From contig JBPOHV010000001.1 of the NCBI GenBank assembly GCA_052035175.1, positions 622,428 through 686,427 of the forward strand: a DNA stretch of 64,000 nucleotides. Direction: 5' to 3'. Shown here in pieces: positions 28,592 through 37,127 of this stretch. The notes under the pieces are model-generated. The model saw only the letters and a program-made list of their open reading frames with translations. It did not search any database and was not told the DNA's origin. Source of the stretch: a candidate division WWE3 bacterium. GTDB taxonomy: Bacteria; Patescibacteriota; WWE3; UBA101185; UBA10185. A program made the translations under genes and the position numbers. Within the stretch, counting starts at the first letter, position 1; each line of letters opens with the position of its first letter.

Positions 28592-28620
28592 ACTAGACCA
28601 GGTCTGACCAGGTCCTTAAA
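28592..28620 (-). repeat. Right terminal inverted repeat of the RNA island
   Basis: actagaccaggtctgaccaggtccttaaa. Confidence 0.9.
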
Positions 28621-31293
28621 TTACTCCAGAACCCAGCCTTTAATATTTAAATCAACGCTATCTGAACCTTCGTTACCGTCATCGTCTTCGGCTTCTACTT
28701 TAAATGTGTGATTGCCCAATTGATTTTTATTAAACGTAAAGTTATAACCATACGGCGCTGACTTATCTGTTGCAACCTCATTACCATCCATATATATTTT
28801 GATACGCTCAATATCGTTGTATGCCGATATTTCAACATTAATTCTAAAATCTAGTGGAACGTCGTCACCATTTTCTACGCCTACAATAGAAACATTAACA
28901 TCATCTTTGTTTGAAACTTCGTTTCCGTCAAACTCTAACTTACTAACCATTTGAGGAGGGAAATATTTATCATCACCACTAAAGTTCTCTTTTAACCAAC
29001 TATCTACATAAGTCTGCCACAATGAAACTTCTGGTTTTATTTTGATAAATGTTTTGACTTCTGTTTCATCTGCATCTCTACATTCATTATTTGCTATACG
29101 ACCATCAATTTTGCATATTTCTATTTTTTGATACCAATCGCTCACCGAAGTAGGCTCGGTACCTTTTACAAACCATTCTTCGCGTGTGGCTTCCTCACCA
29201 GTAGGTAATCCACCTGTCAAACGGTCAACTTTGATCTTTTGTACATTTTCTGGAGATTCAAACTTTTCTTCTTCTTTATCTTTTAAATATTCAACAAAGA
29301 AATTATGCCAAATAGGTGTCGCACCAGTTATACCAGAAGAAATATACTGGTTTAAAGGCTCGTTGTTGTTGTTTCCAACCCAAGTACCAACGACAAGCGA
29401 AGGAGTATACCCAACAGCATAATTATCACGCTTATCATTGGTTGTACCTGTCTTAACTGCTACTTGATGACCAGGAATATTTAGTAAACTACTAGGACCA
29501 AACGCATCACTACGTGCGCCATTATCAGATAAAATATCTGAAATCAAAAAAGCAACACCATCGCTTAGTGCACGTTTGCCACCAGCGTCTGTCCACTTGT
29601 ACAAGGTATTACCAGATGAATCTTTTACTTCTAATATTGGCGTAGGTTCTCGATACATGCCTTTGGATGCAAAAACAGTATATGCACCAGTCAATTGAAG
29701 TAAAGACGTTTCTGCGCCACCAAGCGTAATTGCAAGCCCATAACGAGAACGATCGGTAAATGAAGTTATACCCATTTTTTCTGCTTGATCTATCATTGTA
29801 TCTACACCTACAATCTGCAAAGCTTTTACAGCAGGAATATTCAATGAATTAGCTAGTGATTTTCGTAATGACATCGGTCCCCTAAAAGTACCATCATAAT
29901 TTACAGGCTCATAAGGTTCATCAACTTTGGCGCCAGGAAATTTTGTAGGAACATCTAAAAATGGAAACGCTGATGTATAACCCTTTTCTAGCATTGTTGC
30001 ATACGTCACTGGTTTTATCGCAGAACCAGGCTGACGAAGCGAAGTAGCTACATTTACTTGCGGTTCAAATGTACAGCTATCTTCACCAGTTATACCAGAA
30101 ATGCAATCTGCTGGTTCTGAATTCAAGAAAAATCCTTTACTACCTACCATTGCAAGAACTTGCGAAGTTTTGGAGTCTAAGGCAACTAATGCACCGTTTC
30201 CTACATTATAATTCTTTTCTTTTTCAACTTGGTCAAAAACTATTTGCTGTGCTTTATTTTGTAAATCTAAATCTAGTGTGGTTGTTACTTGTAAACCAGC
30301 TTGATCTACATAATCTTCTCCAAACATATCGGCCAAAACACTTTTGACATAAAAGACGAAATGAGGAGCATTCAATGGAACATCGGCGTCTTGAAATGCC
30401 AATTGCTCGTTTTTTGCTGCTTCATAGTCTTCGGTACTCAAAAAGTATTTATTGCCATCTTCTCCTTGCCAACCGCGTTCGTGCATCAATTGCAAAACAT
30501 AGTTTTTGCGTGATACACCTGCTTCTGGCGTATTACCAAAATAAGAATACCGAGATGGACTTTGAGGTAAACCAGCAATATATGCTGCTTCGGCAATCGT
30601 AAGGTCTTTTGGTGATTTATTAAAATAAGATCGTGCAGCAGTAAAAACCCCATAATTTTGCCCACCGTATGGAGTCTCATTCAAATACATTTGTAGTATT
30701 TCATTTTTTGTATATCTGTTTTCTAATTGTAAAGAAAGTATAAGTTCTTTGGCTTTGCGTGTAATAGTTTGTTCTTGGCTCAAAAGGGTATTTTTTACAA
30801 CTTGCTGTGTAAGCGTAGACCCGCTTTGTAAACCTTCACCCAATGCTATGTTTTTGACTGCGCGCAACATGCCCAAAAGATAAAAACCTTGATGGCTATA
30901 AAAGTTTGCGTCTTCAGCAGCTAATGTAGCGTGTATCAAGTTTGGTGAAATATCTTCGAATTTGACTAAAGTTCTATTTTTATCGCCATAAAATTCGTAT
31001 AAGATTTTGCCATTGCGATCAAAAATCTTTGTCGAAAGCTCAAAACTGCGCTCCAACAATTCATTTGGATTGGGCAATTCATACGAAAAATATGCAAAAA
31101 CAGCAAAAATTAATGTGATTGCAAAAACTAGTCCAAATAAAGACATTTTGGCCAAAAACAAAGCAATTTTTAGCTTTTTAGTTTTGTCTGTAATAAATTT
31201 CTTTGGTATAAGTCTGCTGCTAATACTAGGAGACTTTGATGATTTGCTTGGTAAGGTTGCTTTAGTTTTCTGTTGCATACGATCATTATACAA
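28621..31293 (-). CDS. Class A PBP (transglycosylase plus transpeptidase) with C-terminal Ig-like domain
   Basis: EDANFY.H.G, GSTLTQQ, RKAKE, SAIK (SxxK), SLN, KTG; C-terminal Big domain. Confidence 0.95.
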   Translation of the reverse strand: MYNDRMQQKTKATLPSKSSKSPSISSRLIPKKFITDKTKKLKIALFLAKMSLFGLVFAITLIFAVFAYFSYELPNPNELLERSFELSTKIFDRNGKILYEFYGDKNRTLVKFEDISPNLIHATLAAEDANFYSHQGFYLLGMLRAVKNIALGEGLQSGSTLTQQVVKNTLLSQEQTITRKAKELILSLQLENRYTKNEILQMYLNETPYGGQNYGVFTAARSYFNKSPKDLTIAEAAYIAGLPQSPSRYSYFGNTPEAGVSRKNYVLQLMHERGWQGEDGNKYFLSTEDYEAAKNEQLAFQDADVPLNAPHFVFYVKSVLADMFGEDYVDQAGLQVTTTLDLDLQNKAQQIVFDQVEKEKNYNVGNGALVALDSKTSQVLAMVGSKGFFLNSEPADCISGITGEDSCTFEPQVNVATSLRQPGSAIKPVTYATMLEKGYTSAFPFLDVPTKFPGAKVDEPYEPVNYDGTFRGPMSLRKSLANSLNIPAVKALQIVGVDTMIDQAEKMGITSFTDRSRYGLAITLGGAETSLLQLTGAYTVFASKGMYREPTPILEVKDSSGNTLYKWTDAGGKRALSDGVAFLISDILSDNGARSDAFGPSSLLNIPGHQVAVKTGTTNDKRDNYAVGYTPSLVVGTWVGNNNNEPLNQYISSGITGATPIWHNFFVEYLKDKEEEKFESPENVQKIKVDRLTGGLPTGEEATREEWFVKGTEPTSVSDWYQKIEICKIDGRIANNECRDADETEVKTFIKIKPEVSLWQTYVDSWLKENFSGDDKYFPPQMVSKLEFDGNEVSNKDDVNVSIVGVENGDDVPLDFRINVEISAYNDIERIKIYMDGNEVATDKSAPYGYNFTFNKNQLGNHTFKVEAEDDDGNEGSDSVDLNIKGWVLE

Positions 31294-31331
31294 GTTTTTT
31301 TCTACAAAAGATGAGATATAATGACTTTATA

Positions 31332-31469
31332 ATGCAAGCCAATGATTTAAAACATAAATTCAAAAGAGTGCTTAAAAGAGTTTTCAATAAAGACACACTG
31401 GTCAAGGCCATAATAGGATTTGCAGGATTTTGCCTTTTGGCAACATCGATACTACCTTATCTATTATGA
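31332..31469 (+). CDS. Small 45-aa membrane protein upstream of recG
   Basis: MQANDLKHKFKRVLKRVFNKDTLVKAIIGFAGFCLLATSILPYLL; basic N-terminus, C-terminal TM. Confidence 0.55.
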   Translation: MQANDLKHKFKRVLKRVFNKDTLVKAIIGFAGFCLLATSILPYLL

Positions 31470-31497
31470 GGCTTCATCAGTATAACAATTAAGCAGT

Positions 31498-33522
31498 ATG
31501 ATGATTAATCTAAAAGCTTCTGTTTCAAAATTAGCGGGTGTAGGACCCAAATATCTTAAATTATTGGAAAAACTGTATATATATACCACCGAAGACTTTT
31601 TGTACTATTTTCCTTTTAGATACGATGACTTTACCAATATCTCTACGATAGATAATTGGCAAAACGGTCAAACACTCACGACATCTGCCCAAATTACAAG
31701 CATAACAAATGTAATTTCAAAAAACGGCAAAAGACTGACAATCGCACAAATACAAGATAATACAGCTAAGGGTAGAGTAGTGTGGTTTAATCAACATTTT
31801 TTGATAAAAGTTTTGAAAAAAAATATAACTTACAATTTTTCTGGAAAAGTTGCAGAGTTCAACGAAAAAAACACATTAGTTAATCCGATATTTGAGTCGG
31901 TAGACAATCAAAGTATTCACACTCAAGGGTTAGTACCAATTTACCCAGAAACTGAAGGCGTGTCATCAAAATGGCTTCGCACTAAAATAAAAGACTTAGT
32001 AACCAAAATAGATACTGACTCACTCGATGAGTATCTTCCTGAACATTTATTAAATGAATACGATTTGCTAGATATAAATACAGCAATCAAAGATATCCAT
32101 TTTCCACAAAGTCACATTCACGCACAAAAAGCAAAAGACCGACTTGCGTTCGAAGAAATCTTTTTTGAACTTTTAAATGTTGAATACCGAAAGTATGAAT
32201 TGGAAAACAAACATAAGGGTATTAAATTAAATATAAATCAAACATATATCAACGAGTTTATAGCTACATTACCTTTTGAACTAACATCAAGCCAAAATGA
32301 CGCATGTGATCATTTACTGAGATTGATGCAAATAAATAAACCAATGAACTCATTGCTCGCTGGAGACGTAGGCAGCGGAAAAACAATAGTAGCTGCTATA
32401 TGTGCATATGCCGCATATACAAGTGGCTATCGGACTGTATATTTGGCGCCGACAGAGATCTTGGCCAACCAACACTTTCAAACATTTTCAAATTTGTTTA
32501 CCAAACTAGGTATCAAACTACAACTAGTTACTAGCAACACAAAAGAAAAAACATTTGATGCAGACATGTTGATCGGAACGCATGCACTTTTGTACAAAGA
32601 AGATATTTATAAAAAAATTGGATTTGTTGTAATCGATGAACAACATAGATTTGGTGTAGAACAAAGACATAAAATCTCGAAAGTATTAACAGCAAACGAA
32701 ACGATACCACATGTACTTAGTATGACTGCAACACCAATACCGCGTACGTTAGCTTTGACGCTTTTCGGCGATTTGGATATCTGCACGTTAGACGTTTTAC
32801 CAAATAAAGATAAAAAAATAATTACAAAAGCAGCAACACATACACAAAGAACCACTATTTATACTTGGATAAAAAACAGCAACAAAAGAGCCTTTATTGT
32901 TTGCCCGTTTATAGAAGTGTCTGATCAACCTAATTTGGAAAATGTAAAAGCAGCGCAAGTAGAATACGAAACACTCAAAAAAACGTTTTTTAAAAACCAT
33001 AATGTTGGTTTACTTCACGGCAAGCTCAAACCAGAAGAAAAAACTAAGATAATCGAAGATTTTACACAAGGTAATATTCAAATCTTGGTTTCTACGCCTG
33101 TTATAGAAGTAGGCATAGATATTCCTGACGCTGAAATTATTGTTATCGAAAGTGCAGAGAGATACGGCCTTGCGAGTTTACACCAGCTCCGCGGCCGTGT
33201 AGGCCGCGGAGCCAAAACCGGCTATTGCTTTGCAATAATGAGCGATAACTCTACAACAGGCTATTCACGACTTAAACACCTAGAAACAATAGATAAAGGC
33301 ATAGAACTCGCCGAAATAGATATGCAGACACGCGGCAGGGGAGACATCTTCGGAACAATACAACACGGATTCAAAAGCTTTAAACTAGCAGACTTATCTG
33401 ATATAAATCTGTTAGAGAAAGCAAAAAAAGCTGCAATTGCTACATTTGAACAAATAGATACTTTGCCCAAGCTCAAAGCCAAGCTCGAAAATAAATACAG
33501 CAAGTTTATTTCTTCAAATTAG
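31498..33522 (+). CDS. recG: ATP-dependent DNA helicase RecG
   Basis: GDVGSGKT, DEQHRFG, MTATPIPRT, LHQLRGRVGRG. Confidence 0.97.
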   Translation: MMINLKASVSKLAGVGPKYLKLLEKLYIYTTEDFLYYFPFRYDDFTNISTIDNWQNGQTLTTSAQITSITNVISKNGKRLTIAQIQDNTAKGRVVWFNQHFLIKVLKKNITYNFSGKVAEFNEKNTLVNPIFESVDNQSIHTQGLVPIYPETEGVSSKWLRTKIKDLVTKIDTDSLDEYLPEHLLNEYDLLDINTAIKDIHFPQSHIHAQKAKDRLAFEEIFFELLNVEYRKYELENKHKGIKLNINQTYINEFIATLPFELTSSQNDACDHLLRLMQINKPMNSLLAGDVGSGKTIVAAICAYAAYTSGYRTVYLAPTEILANQHFQTFSNLFTKLGIKLQLVTSNTKEKTFDADMLIGTHALLYKEDIYKKIGFVVIDEQHRFGVEQRHKISKVLTANETIPHVLSMTATPIPRTLALTLFGDLDICTLDVLPNKDKKIITKAATHTQRTTIYTWIKNSNKRAFIVCPFIEVSDQPNLENVKAAQVEYETLKKTFFKNHNVGLLHGKLKPEEKTKIIEDFTQGNIQILVSTPVIEVGIDIPDAEIIVIESAERYGLASLHQLRGRVGRGAKTGYCFAIMSDNSTTGYSRLKHLETIDKGIELAEIDMQTRGRGDIFGTIQHGFKSFKLADLSDINLLEKAKKAAIATFEQIDTLPKLKAKLENKYSKFISSN

Positions 33523-33526
33523 TAGA

Positions 33527-33583
33527 TTTGTTGATACAAAATAGCAAGTTTGTTGCTACAAAAAGCAAGTTTGTTGCCACAAA
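33527..33583. repeat. Three tandem ~21-bp units with core TTTGT-N4-ACAAA
   Basis: tttgttgatacaaa / gcaagtttgttgctacaaa / gcaagtttgttgccacaaa. Confidence 0.7.
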
Positions 33584-33595
33584 TGGGAAAATAAT

Positions 33596-34147
33596 ATGTT
33601 ACCAAGTTTGCGAATTACATCTGGAATAGTAAAGAACAAAAAACTTACTGCACCAAAGATAGAAGGTTATCGGGCCGTGCAAGACAAAGCTAAGTTGGCT
33701 GTGTTTTCAATATTGGAAGACACAATACTTGACGCCAAATGCTTAGATTTATATGCGGGTAGTGGAAGTATGGGGCTCGAAGCTTTGAGCCGTGGAGCAG
33801 CCTGGTGCGATTTTGTAGATCAAAGCTATGAAGCAATAGGAGCAATCAGGCAAAATATTGCTGATTGCAAATTTGAAAACAAAAGCTTAACTCACCATAC
33901 TGATGCCGTTAAATACGCCGCTAATACCAGTGAAAAATATGACGTTATCTTTTGTGATCCGTTTTATAAAGATACAGCCCACATTTTTTTATTAAAGAAT
34001 ATAAGTGAAATTTTGACTGAAAATGGTGTTTTAATATTTTTTCATGGTGGATTAGACTTCACCAAGCTTTTAAAAGATAATTCATTGAAAGTGGTAGATG
34101 ATAGAAGGTTTGGAAAGAGTTTTGTCACCTTTTTAAAGTGCAATTAG
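33596..34147 (+). CDS. rsmD: 16S rRNA m2G966 methyltransferase
   Basis: LRITSG, LDLYAGSGSMGLEALSRGA, FCDPFY. Confidence 0.9.
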   Translation: MLPSLRITSGIVKNKKLTAPKIEGYRAVQDKAKLAVFSILEDTILDAKCLDLYAGSGSMGLEALSRGAAWCDFVDQSYEAIGAIRQNIADCKFENKSLTHHTDAVKYAANTSEKYDVIFCDPFYKDTAHIFLLKNISEILTENGVLIFFHGGLDFTKLLKDNSLKVVDDRRFGKSFVTFLKCN

Positions 34148-34238
34148 AAATACACTTTTTGTAAAGTTTGTTTTGTGGGTGGGCCAAGAATATGCATAAA
34201 GCACGATTCTTGGCCCACGCCACGTCACCAGGGTTGGG

Positions 34239-34385
34239 TTAGGACTTTTTTTCTGGGTCCTTTTCCCCTGGTGACGTTGTTTCGCCATGCGCGCCTTTGG
34301 GGGCGAGCATGGCCATAACACCCAAGAAAAGCACGAATCCTCCTAATAGAAGGAGGACCGTACAAACGGGTTGGATAATATCCAT
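34239..34385 (-). CDS. 48-aa single-TM peptide (MDIIQPVCTVLLLLGGFVLFLGVMAMLAPKGAHGETTSPGEKDPEKKS)
   Basis: AAAGGAG SD; 5' hairpin 34395-34416; 3' hairpin 34179-34218. Confidence 0.7.
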   Translation of the reverse strand: MDIIQPVCTVLLLLGGFVLFLGVMAMLAPKGAHGETTSPGEKDPEKKS

Positions 34386-34547
34386 GGCTCTCCTTTGTCC
34401 CGCCGAAGCGGGACAAGATAAATATTTTTGATAGAAATAGTATAACCTATAGCTAGTTTTTTGTAAAATTGAAAGATTTAATCAATAAAGGATCAATGGC
34501 CAAGTGAGGTTTCGCAAAAAAATGCGACCTTCAAATGGCCATTTGAG

Positions 34548-34648
34548 TCAGGGGGGAACGATTTTGTTTATGTTTCTTGCAACATAAACAAATAGGAATA
34601 GTCCTAGGACTATTCCCAGCCCCCCACAGAAAAAAAACCGATGCCCAT
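34548..34648 (-). CDS. Third TM peptide needing a -1 shift in a T8/G6 run (MGIGFF-FCGGLGIVLGLFLFVYVARNINKIVPP); 12 aa without the shift
   Basis: AAGGAGG SD and TAATG overlap with the upstream peptide; hydrophobic -1 frame. Confidence 0.45.
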
Positions 34649-34788
34649 TAGGACCTCCTTTTATCCTTGGGGGCAATATGAATGCTCCAATGAGCAAACA
34701 CCGCCCCCAAAGTGAGGCCGCCGAAGGCGGCCAAAAAAAAGATAACAGCGGCGAGTTGCTCGCCGAAGTTATTTGCCATGGTATCCAT
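34648..34788 (-). CDS. 46-aa single-TM peptide (MDTMANNFGEQLAAVIFFLAAFGGLTLGAVFAHWSIHIAPKDKRRS)
   Basis: AAAAGGAGGTG SD; 5' hairpin 34801-34832; TGnTAATAT promoter upstream. Confidence 0.7.
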   Translation of the reverse strand: MDTMANNFGEQLAAVIFFLAAFGGLTLGAVFAHWSIHIAPKDKRRS

Positions 34789-34877
34789 GGCACCTCCTTT
34801 TCATAAATCACACGACCTAACGTGACTTATGAATTAGTGGAATTATTATTGATATTAGCATCGGGTACAGATGTATG

Positions 34878-34908
34878 GAAGGTCAGTCCTCGATGAGGAC
34901 TGACCTTC
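34878..34908. repeat. Perfect 14-bp inverted repeat (REP-like)
   Basis: GAAGGTCAGTCCTC-GAT-GAGGACTGACCTTC. Confidence 0.7.
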
Positions 34909-34949
34909 GGCTTGACTGACATAAGTCCTCATGTATAATGGGCTGCAGT

Positions 34950-35096
34950 ATGCCAGTACCAAAAAGAAAACATTCATTAGGAAGAGTCAGACGCAAAAGA
35001 CAAGAAAAAATGCGTAAGTCAGCTGTAATAGCAGTTCAAGACAAAAAAAGCGGAACTTACCATAGACCTCACGTAGAAGAAAAAGTTAAAATCTAA
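34950..35096 (+). CDS. rpmF: 50S ribosomal protein L32 (Cys-less form)
   Basis: [15 protein letters not shown] ... HRPH; upstream of nusB; below the ORF-track cutoff. Confidence 0.88.
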   Translation: MPVPKRKHSLGRVRRKRQEKMRKSAVIAVQDKKSGTYHRPHVEEKVKI

Positions 35097-35098
35097 GC

Positions 35099-35518
35099 AT
35101 GAAATCAAAACTTGACCCACGTCACGGAGCGAGAAAACTTGCACTTTCTTCAATCTTTTGTTGGTTGTTTTCTGAGCCAGACCAGCGAATGACCTTAAAA
35201 CTCGCTGAAGATGTATTAGAAGAGCAAAGTGTCGACACAACATTGACAAACGAAATAGTCGAAGGCGTAAAAGTTCACAAATCTGATATTGATGATATAA
35301 TCCAAAAATGCGCGCCAGACTGGCCTTTAGATAAGATCGCACGTATAGACCTTGTCATATTAAGGATAGCAATTTTTGAGGTTCTTTTTGCAAAAAAGAC
35401 TCCACAAAAAGTTGCAATTGACGAAGCAATAGAACTAGCAAAGGAATTTGGAGGCGAAAGCTCATCTAAATTTATCAATGGGGTTCTAGGCACAGTAGTA
35501 CAAAATTATAAAATTTGA
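35099..35518 (+). CDS. nusB: Transcription antitermination factor NusB
   Basis: [32 protein letters not shown]. Confidence 0.96.
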   Translation: MKSKLDPRHGARKLALSSIFCWLFSEPDQRMTLKLAEDVLEEQSVDTTLTNEIVEGVKVHKSDIDDIIQKCAPDWPLDKIARIDLVILRIAIFEVLFAKKTPQKVAIDEAIELAKEFGGESSSKFINGVLGTVVQNYKI

Positions 35519-35585
35519 TCGGAGATCAAGAAGGATTGACCAGGAGTCAAGAAAATTTGATCGTCAGATCAAAAATAAATTTAAA

Positions 35586-35819
35586 ATGGATAACGTTTCA
35601 AAAAAAATATTACATATAATAGCAAATAACTGCGCAGTGGAAGAAACCGAAATTACACCAGAATCTTTTTTGGAAGAAGATTTGAATATAGGTGAGATGG
35701 AGCTCTTAGAGCTTTGGCCAGATATCGAAGAGGCTTTTGGTGTAGAACTTGAAGAAGAAGTAAAAGAAGGCGTAGAATCTGTCCAAGACATAATAGATAT
35801 AGTCGAAGAAGAATTATAA
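35586..35819 (+). CDS. Acyl carrier protein-like protein lacking the phosphopantetheine Ser
   Basis: Acidic 77 aa; ITPES.LEEDL, EEAFGVE, SVQDII; DSL motif replaced by GEM. Confidence 0.75.
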   Translation: MDNVSKKILHIIANNCAVEETEITPESFLEEDLNIGEMELLELWPDIEEAFGVELEEEVKEGVESVQDIIDIVEEEL

Positions 35820-35822
35820 TTT

Positions 35823-36527
35823 ATGGCAGTTGAGACTATGGCATTTAATTTTGATAAGATAAAAATCTTGCTTGAGATTGTATCAGACAATGAAACATTG
35901 TTTAAAACAGCCTTTACGCACAGATCTTATCTCAACGAGCACCCAGAATACACAAATCCCTCTAATGAAAGGCTAGAATTCTTGGGAGACGCAGTTTTGC
36001 AACTGCTTTCTTCTGAATACTTGTATGAAAAATACCCAAACTCACCAGAAGGAGAACTTACCAACTTTCGGGCTTCAATAGTATGTACACAATCTTTGGC
36101 GCAAGAAGCCAAAAGGTTAGGCTATGGCGCACATTTATTGCTTTCAAACGGTGAAGATGCAACTGGTGGTAGAGACAGAGAATATATATTGGCAAATACA
36201 TTTGAAGCCGTGTTGGGAGCTATTTTCTTAGAAAAAGGCATAGACACAGCAAAAGCATTTGTATCCAAAAACTTACTTTATAAGATTACAGAAATTGTAG
36301 ACAAAGAAAAATATAAAGACGCAAAATCGATGTTTCAAGAGAAAGCTCAAGAATTAAAAGGCCTTACCCCGCAGTATAAAGTTGTAGATTCTTGGGGATT
36401 AGACCACGAAAAAACCTTTAAAATCGGGGTTTACATAGGCGATGAGCTCTATGGCATGGGTGAAGGAACGAGCAAACAGAAAGCAGAACAACAAGCTGCA
36501 ATTACGGCCTTGGAAAAATTGAAGTAA
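35823..36527 (+). CDS. rnc: Ribonuclease III
   Basis: NERLEFLGDAVL and dsRBD. Confidence 0.97.
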   Translation: MAVETMAFNFDKIKILLEIVSDNETLFKTAFTHRSYLNEHPEYTNPSNERLEFLGDAVLQLLSSEYLYEKYPNSPEGELTNFRASIVCTQSLAQEAKRLGYGAHLLLSNGEDATGGRDREYILANTFEAVLGAIFLEKGIDTAKAFVSKNLLYKITEIVDKEKYKDAKSMFQEKAQELKGLTPQYKVVDSWGLDHEKTFKIGVYIGDELYGMGEGTSKQKAEQQAAITALEKLK

Positions 36528-36548
36528 TCTGCTAGAATTGGCGATGTT

Positions 36549-36845
36549 ATGTCAGTATCAATACGTTTAGCAAAAATAGGAAGAATACATACACCTGCAT
36601 ATAGGATTGTTGTAGCAAATACACGAGATAAGAGAAATGGACGTTCTCTAGATATATTGGGGCATTATAACCCAATAGATAAAAAGAATACTTTTGTTAT
36701 CGACAACGACAAATACGCAGAATGGGTAAAAAAAGGCGCAATAGTCACAGATGCAGTCAAAAGCCTAGTAGCTGGAACATATGTATTTAAAAAGTATGAT
36801 CCAAAAGCTGCTAAAGAAGCCGCAGAAGCAGCATCACAAGCATAA
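36549..36845 (+). CDS. rpsP: 30S ribosomal protein S16
   Basis: IRLAKIG, YRIVVA, LGHYNP. Confidence 0.96.
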   Translation: MSVSIRLAKIGRIHTPAYRIVVANTRDKRNGRSLDILGHYNPIDKKNTFVIDNDKYAEWVKKGAIVTDAVKSLVAGTYVFKKYDPKAAKEAAEAASQA

Positions 36846-36890
36846 AGTCTAGATTTAAAGTAACAGCTTGTAATCAAAGAACTAAATAAA

Positions 36891-37127
36891 ATGATCGATT
36901 TCATAAAATATATATTTCAACAAATAGTCTCAAAACCCGAAGCAGTTGAAGTTGATGAACTACAAACGGAAGACGCTAACACTTATAGTGTTTCTCTAGA
37001 CAAAGACGATATTCCATTAGTTATAGGAAAACAAGGAAGAAATATAAAAAGTATCCGCAGTCTGGTTAAAGTAAAAGCCCTCAAACTGGGCTTGAACAAG
37101 CAAATCTATATAGATATAAAAGAATGA
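36891..37127 (+). CDS. khpA: KH-domain RNA-binding protein
   Basis: VIGKQGRNIKSIR; synteny with rpsP. Confidence 0.85.
   Translation: MIDFIKYIFQQIVSKPEAVEVDELQTEDANTYSVSLDKDDIPLVIGKQGRNIKSIRSLVKVKALKLGLNKQIYIDIKE

Noticed and set aside
27247-28620. CRISPR array interpretation of the RNA island
   Set aside because: There is no constant repeat with regular spacers; the three repeats are irregularly spaced, one is inverted, and no cas genes are present.
34548-34811. 87-aa ORF from the track as a single gene
   Set aside because: It has no SD at its start; the strong SDs point to the 46-aa peptide in another frame and to the ATG at 34648.
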